DNA of 63,414 nt, the filler included. It is 8 parts of 8 records of this genome, joined end to end, with 100 filler letters (N's around TTAATTAATTAA, not from the genome) between each part and the next. Parts side by side here need not be neighbours in the genome. Positions count along the whole stretch, not along the records: positions 57,433 to 63,414 come from SRR31156797_14511; 7 more parts are not named here. One strand, given 5' to 3'. The notes under the pieces are model-generated. The model was not told the DNA's origin. It was given only the letters and a program-made list of their open reading frames with translations, and did not search any database. Made by a program: the position numbers and the translations under genes. Positions 58,738 through 63,414 of this stretch are shown here, one piece after another; the stretch's first letter is position 1, and each line of letters opens with the position of its first letter.

Positions 58738-59508
58738 TTACGGCTGTTGAGCCAGACAGCGTATGCAATAATTGTATCCCCGGTCCTTTATATGGTTCAT
58801 CATCAGTTCCGGACCGCCGCTGCACTTGATATGTCCTTTCATCATCAGGTGGGCTTTGTCCGCGTGCACGTATTCCAGTATGGCCGAAGAATGGGTTGAT
58901 ATCAGACCCGCCTTTCGTTCGTTGAATATTAAGGGCCATGGTTCGGATCCAGCCGGAGGCTTATTCCGAAGAACCGTATTGATCAGCCGGCCTACTTCCT
59001 TTAAATGAACCGGATCCACGCCTGAATCCGGTTCGTCAAGAATCAGGAGCTTGGGATTGGCCAATATCAGGAGGAAAAGCTCGGCCTGCTTGCTTTCGCC
59101 TCCGGAAAGGCCGTCATTAATACCGCGATCCAGAAAGCGTTCAATGTCTATGGCTGATAAAATCGCTTCCGAATATTCACCGGCCAACCGTTTTTCAGGA
59201 ATAATCAGATTGACCAGATCCCTGAGCTTGACGCCCTTTAAAACCGGCGGTCGCTGTTCCGATATACCCATGCCAAGCCGAGCGCGCTCATCCATGGACA
59301 AGCCGGTGACATCGCGGCCGTCCAGAAAGATGCCGCCCCTGGTCACTTCATATTCGGGCCAGCCCATGATAGTCATCATCATGACGCTTTTACCCGACCC
59401 ATTAGGCCCGAACAACGCATGAACTTCTCCATCGGGAATATGCAGATTCACACCATGCAGTATCTCTTCTCCTTTAATGGATACGTGCAGGTCTTTAATT
59501 GAGAGCAT
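58738..59508 (-). CDS. sufC: SufC-family ATPase (SmsC-like) with C-terminal CX18CXXC
   Basis: GPNGSGKS, LSGGE, LDEPDSGVD; tail CSGGPELMMNHIKDRGYNYCIRC. Confidence 0.85.
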   Translation of the reverse strand: MLSIKDLHVSIKGEEILHGVNLHIPDGEVHALFGPNGSGKSVMMMTIMGWPEYEVTRGGIFLDGRDVTGLSMDERARLGMGISEQRPPVLKGVKLRDLVNLIIPEKRLAGEYSEAILSAIDIERFLDRGINDGLSGGESKQAELFLLILANPKLLILDEPDSGVDPVHLKEVGRLINTVLRNKPPAGSEPWPLIFNERKAGLISTHSSAILEYVHADKAHLMMKGHIKCSGGPELMMNHIKDRGYNYCIRCLAQQP

Positions 59509-59526
59509 GTTGCTTCCTCCGCGATA

Positions 59527-59559
59527 GCTGTCGACGGCTCATCAGAGCCCGTCGACAGC
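59527..59559 (-). other. Strong hairpin in the sufC leader
   Basis: GCTGTCGACGGCTC-ATCA-GAG(C)CCGTCGACAGC, 14-bp stem with one bulge. Confidence 0.7.
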
Positions 59560-59573
59560 AGTTATACTCACAC

Positions 59574-59594
59574 ATGGTTAAGCGGCTTAACCAT
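59574..59594. promoter_or_regulatory. Perfect 9-3-9 palindrome, candidate MarR operator
   Basis: ATGGTTAAG-CGG-CTTAACCAT. Confidence 0.75.
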
Positions 59595-59608
59595 CAGGGC
59601 AAAAAAAT

Positions 59609-60076
59609 TTATTTACTAGACAATCTTTCGTCCATAACGTCTTCAATGACTCCCAGAAAAACCGATGCGGTCGCTATCTGGGACAGGGAAAAAGCCCCGA
59701 GGCGGTTGATTATGTCCTCCATGTGCCGGCCGTGGCATCTTTCGTGGGCCGCATAGGCCCGCCAGCCCAATTCCGTAAGCTGAAGCTGCAGTTCCTTGCC
59801 GCTGCTTTCGGATACGGTTTTGTTTACAAAACCTTTCTTGGCCAGCTTGGTTGCGATCTGTGAGGCCGCGCTTTTGGACACGCCGAAATGCACTCCAAGC
59901 TCAGTCACGTTGATGGATTTAAACTCTCCAATCGCTTCAATTGTGTGACTTTCCGTGGGCGTGACTTCAATGCCCTCTTCCAGCCGAACCGGAGTTTCTT
60001 CAATACGCCATTGCTTATTGATAATGCGTATCAATTGATGCGTTATGGCCTTGATTATTTCCTGTTTATCTTCCAC
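59609..60076 (-). CDS. MarR family transcriptional regulator
   Basis: wHTH: INVTELG..GVSKSAASQ...KL.KKGFV.K.....KE..LQLTELG. Confidence 0.9.
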   Translation of the reverse strand: MEDKQEIIKAITHQLIRIINKQWRIEETPVRLEEGIEVTPTESHTIEAIGEFKSINVTELGVHFGVSKSAASQIATKLAKKGFVNKTVSESSGKELQLQLTELGWRAYAAHERCHGRHMEDIINRLGAFSLSQIATASVFLGVIEDVMDERLSSK

Positions 60077-60083
60077 AAAATTT

Positions 60084-60112
60084 ATGGTAAAGCCTCTTAA
60101 CTAAAATGTCAA
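60084..60112 (-). promoter_or_regulatory. marR promoter overlapped by a second operator copy
   Basis: Minus strand TTGACA-N17-TACCAT; ATGGTAAAG-CCT-CTTAACTAA at 60084-60104. Confidence 0.75.
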
Positions 60113-60113
60113 G

Positions 60114-63100
60114 TTATAAATAATATATGAATGACTCGCACTTGGCGGCGTCGTTTTCATTCCTGTTACCGTCAAACGTCAGGTTTAAAATGGGCGTCTG
60201 ACGGTCCCCGGCAAAAGCCTTGTGCAGGATATTAAGAGAAATGCCGGTGTTTTCATATGTGGACGCGGCCGTAATTATCCCGTCGACACGGAGCAGGTCT
60301 CCCAAAACCTTGGCGCCTCTGAAACGCCCGAAAGCGCCGGCGTAATAGCCTATGGTCCCATCCGCCACACGGACCAACGCATTCAGGTTCTTTTCAAAAG
60401 GACTTTCTTCATTCAAGTGTTCGGCGACTCCTTCCATATATTCTTCGAACCGGCGCAGCAATTTCAGATGTTTTTCTTGCGAACCGTTTTGATACACGTA
60501 ATCGCGCCAGAACATCCACATTGTTTCGCTCAATGGGGCGTATACGACCTGATGGCCTTTGTCCTCCATGTTTTTAAAAGTATCATCATTCATAAAGTCG
60601 TTGTACAAAATCAGAGGCTCGCCTACGGCCAGTATACGCTTTTCATACAACAGGCTTTTCAATTCGCCGTATATTTCCCCGGCAAATATTTCGAGTTCAT
60701 CAATTGACAACCAGCCGCGCCGTATCAGGGTTAGAACTTGAACCAGATATTTTTCCCTGTTCCAAGGCGGGGCCAATCGGACCAGGTCGCCTGCGATGAG
60801 ACCCAAAAACAGGGATTCCGCATTGGTTTCATCCGCATCCAGCAAATCTTCCACATAGGGAGAAATAATATCAACATGGGGATAACCTTCTTCATTGAGC
60901 TTCATGCGGATCATGCGGCTGTATTGCCCGTCGACTTCGGCGCCTTCCATCCTGGGGATGAGAAAGGTCAACCGGCCGCCGTTATTTTCGGCTTGGCATT
61001 TACTGAAAACATCACCCATCAGAGCGGTCAGGGAAAAATATTCTTCGGCAATGGTGAATTTCCGGCCCACATCCACGGAATCCGGGTTGGTCATGGGCAG
61101 AACTTCAGCGCCGATCCCGGCGGCAGTAAGCATTTCCCTGAATATATCCGAATATGGGTAAACATACGGCAATTGAACTTTGGACCCATTTCGCCCGGCA
61201 GCTTGAAAATCCTTGGCCAGGTTTTCATCTTCATGAACGACCCGATCCGGATAAACTGATATTTCTTCGGCCGCTTTTGTTTCCAGGTTATTCAGGCTGT
61301 TGACAAAGGCTTCCACGCGTGTGGTGATGCCGACTCCTGATGAGTGTTCGTCAACTTCGATATGCAGATAAGGCTTGTCCTGCATGGTTTCCCTGAAATA
61401 GTGGGCGACCACGGAATCCGGCCCGCAGCCGTGATGGGTCAGTAAAATGGCGTAAAGGTTGGGATGTTCCTTTATAATCTGAGCAGGTTCGAGAACGTGC
61501 TGTTCAAAAGGCCAGTACAGATTGGGATGTTCTTCTGAAAGGTCGCCTTCGGGCAGATAAAAGAACGGCAGGGTCTGGTAACCCATTTCCGCAAGCTTGT
61601 CCGGTATACCCATGTTCAGAACCGGGTCGGCCACGCCGTATATCTTTGAAACAAGAACAAACGCTTTTTTATTCGGGTCAAGTTTGGCCAGGGCTTCTTT
61701 TCCGGTTTTCTCCATTCTTTCTTCAAAATCCAGGAAGGCTTTCATCCCCTGTTGAAGCGCCTCGAACGTCTCCTCGGGCGTTTTTCCAAGCTGCCGCCCC
61801 ATGCCGGCAAAGCTTTTCATCATGAATTCCCGCCCCAGGCTGAATGCAATAGTCGGCGCCAGCAGGCTGATGCCCTTGTTCTGTAAATCCATGGCCTGGT
61901 TGACGACTTTAAAGGCAAGCTGCATGTACGCGCAGCCATAGTTCTGCCGGGCAGGCGATCCAGGATGATCCACGGTGTACAGGTCTGGGAAAAAGATAAA
62001 ATCAACCTTTTTGTTGACCAGTTCGGCCACATGACCATTGATAAGCTTGACCGGGTAGCAGGTCTCGTCCAGGGAATATTCCTGGCCCAGGGCGATTGTT
62101 TTTTCACTGGTCGGGTCGGACAAGAGCACGTTAAAGCCGAGTTCCTTGAAGATCCGGCTGAACATGGTAAACATGCCATAGGTAAACAGGGCCCGGGGAA
62201 TGCCGACCGTCTTTTTATCAGGATCGAGCTTGCCGGTGTATCCTTCAAAAACCAGGGCTTCAATGGCTTTATTATAATCCGATTGCAGAGTCTTGCCGTC
62301 ATCCCGTATTTCTTCACCCTTTGTAGTTACCGGGTCAAGAGTTGGATCAAAGCCCTTGAAGCTGGTCTTTATTCCATCCACCGTTGCTTCCCTGGCCAGG
62401 ATTGCGACGCCGTATGCGCCGGAAACGCTGAAAAAGGGCGGGATTGTAATTTCCTTTCCCGTAAGATGACGGAATGCGTTTATGACGCCCTGGTTGTAGG
62501 CCACGCCGCCCTGGAAAAATATTTTGTTTCCGACCTTTTTCCGCCCCACGACCCGGCCCAGGTAGTTTTTGACAATGGCATAGCAAAGACCCGCTGTTAT
62601 ATCCGGCATGTCGGCGCCTCGTCCTAGATGGGCGGCGATGCTGGTTTCCATGAACACGGTGCACCTTTCCCCAAGGCTGATGGGGCGCTTTCCGGCCAGG
62701 GCTGATTCGCCGATGCTGAAAAGGGGTATATTGAACTTTTTGGCTTGTTCTTCGATGAAAGATCCCGTGCCGGCGGCGCAAATCTTGTTCATCTGGAAAT
62801 CGACCACAACGCCGTCCTTGATGCTTATATATTTCGAATCCTGGCCCCCGATTTCAAAAATTGTGTCAACTTCCGGATCCATGGTTATAGCGGCCTTGGC
62901 CTGGGCCGTGATCTCATCCCTGATGACGTCCGCTCCGATCAGGCGTCCGGTCATGTATCGTCCGGAACCTGTCGTTGCTGCGCCCAGAACGTTGAGTCGG
63001 TCGCCGAATTCTTTTTTCAGGAAAGCCAGGCCTTTTCTGACCGCTTCCACAGGACGGCCCAGGGTTCTCAGGTACCTGAAACCGATAATGTTGTCATCGC

Positions 63101-63414
63101 TGTCAGAAAGAACAAGGTTGGTGCTTGTGGACCCCACGTCAACGCCCAGGTAGCAATCAATTTTACCATCACGGTTTCCGGCGCCGACAAGTTCGTGCTT
63201 GCCCTCGCTGTCTTTGGCGCCGAATTCGGCCAGGCAGGGAAGTTGATTAATGCTTTCGTTTAAATCAATCAATTCCCCGGCCTGGTCCAAACTTGATATT
63301 AAACTTTCAATATCTATTTTAAGGCCGTCTTTTTCAGCCATCAGGGCAGCGCCGACAGCGCCCAGGCTATCCATGTCATCCGGGATGATCAGTTCACCAT
63401 CATCAAGCTCCAGC
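60114..63414 (-). CDS. Acyl-CoA dehydratase activase-like protein (BadF/BcrAD ATPase plus DUF2229 domains), 5' truncated
   Basis: GVDVGSTST, TTGSGR, EIGGQDSK, CAAGTGSF, ERCTVF, CYPVK, GCGPDS, EVDEH. Confidence 0.9.
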   Translation of the reverse strand, partial: LELDDGELIIPDDMDSLGAVGAALMAEKDGLKIDIESLISSLDQAGELIDLNESINQLPCLAEFGAKDSEGKHELVGAGNRDGKIDCYLGVDVGSTSTNLVLSDSDDNIIGFRYLRTLGRPVEAVRKGLAFLKKEFGDRLNVLGAATTGSGRYMTGRLIGADVIRDEITAQAKAAITMDPEVDTIFEIGGQDSKYISIKDGVVVDFQMNKICAAGTGSFIEEQAKKFNIPLFSIGESALAGKRPISLGERCTVFMETSIAAHLGRGADMPDITAGLCYAIVKNYLGRVVGRKKVGNKIFFQGGVAYNQGVINAFRHLTGKEITIPPFFSVSGAYGVAILAREATVDGIKTSFKGFDPTLDPVTTKGEEIRDDGKTLQSDYNKAIEALVFEGYTGKLDPDKKTVGIPRALFTYGMFTMFSRIFKELGFNVLLSDPTSEKTIALGQEYSLDETCYPVKLINGHVAELVNKKVDFIFFPDLYTVDHPGSPARQNYGCAYMQLAFKVVNQAMDLQNKGISLLAPTIAFSLGREFMMKSFAGMGRQLGKTPEETFEALQQGMKAFLDFEERMEKTGKEALAKLDPNKKAFVLVSKIYGVADPVLNMGIPDKLAEMGYQTLPFFYLPEGDLSEEHPNLYWPFEQHVLEPAQIIKEHPNLYAILLTHHGCGPDSVVAHYFRETMQDKPYLHIEVDEHSSGVGITTRVEAFVNSLNNLETKAAEEISVYPDRVVHEDENLAKDFQAAGRNGSKVQLPYVYPYSDIFREMLTAAGIGAEVLPMTNPDSVDVGRKFTIAEEYFSLTALMGDVFSKCQAENNGGRLTFLIPRMEGAEVDGQYSRMIRMKLNEEGYPHVDIISPYVEDLLDADETNAESLFLGLIAGDLVRLAPPWNREKYLVQVLTLIRRGWLSIDELEIFAGEIYGELKSLLYEKRILAVGEPLILYNDFMNDDTFKNMEDKGHQVVYAPLSETMWMFWRDYVYQNGSQEKHLKLLRRFEEYMEGVAEHLNEESPFEKNLNALVRVADGTIGYYAGAFGRFRGAKVLGDLLRVDGIITAASTYENTGISLNILHKAFAGDRQTPILNLTFDGNRNENDAAKCESFIYYL

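Noticed and set aside
1-63414. tRNA, rRNA, CRISPR arrays, integrases or transposases
   Set aside because: None recognised by eye; a covariance-model and repeat scan would be needed to exclude short elements

Overview
The window is a concatenation of eight unrelated contigs joined by 100-nt spacers (N44-TTAATTAATTAA-N44), so gene neighbourhoods are meaningful only within a contig. Taxonomic labels are inferred from gene content and composition only. (1) 1-12726, Desulfobacterota-like: 2-oxoacid:ferredoxin oxidoreductase subunits, AtoE transporter, an amidase with an internal deletion, a patchwork of fragments and signalling genes, and a truncated cobalamin riboswitch. (2) 12827-20421, Methanosarcinaceae-like archaeon: a three-gene operon (C-terminally anchored 'VPMP' protein, archaeosortase, processive GT2), a TlpA-CcdA-DUF3179 redox operon and PAS sensor genes. 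(3) 20522-28995, very AT-rich, Campylobacterota-like: a divergent type IV secretion-like locus with a VirB4-like ATPase, a pilin-like gene apparently starting at ATT, four paralogous small secreted proteins and a candidate immunity/LysM-effector pair. (4) 29096-35149: tandem YebG paralogs, PilZ protein, YceH, panB/panE, peptide ABC ATPases. (5) 35250-42471: Liv-type ABC transporter with an embedded acyl-CoA synthetase. (6) 42572-48480: IOR fusion, ADP-forming acyl-CoA synthetase, SDR, PLP decarboxylase. (7) 48581-57332: VF530 protein, a 1456-aa secreted multidomain esterase/beta-helix protein with a sigma-54 promoter, partial Wadjet (jetC-jetD). (8) 57433-63414: CoA-activase, MarR and minimal SUF (SmsCB-like) genes sharing a palindromic operator. 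The best candidates for undescribed systems are the T4SS-like locus, the archaeosortase/VPMP-CTERM/GT2 operon and the MarR-controlled SmsCB unit.
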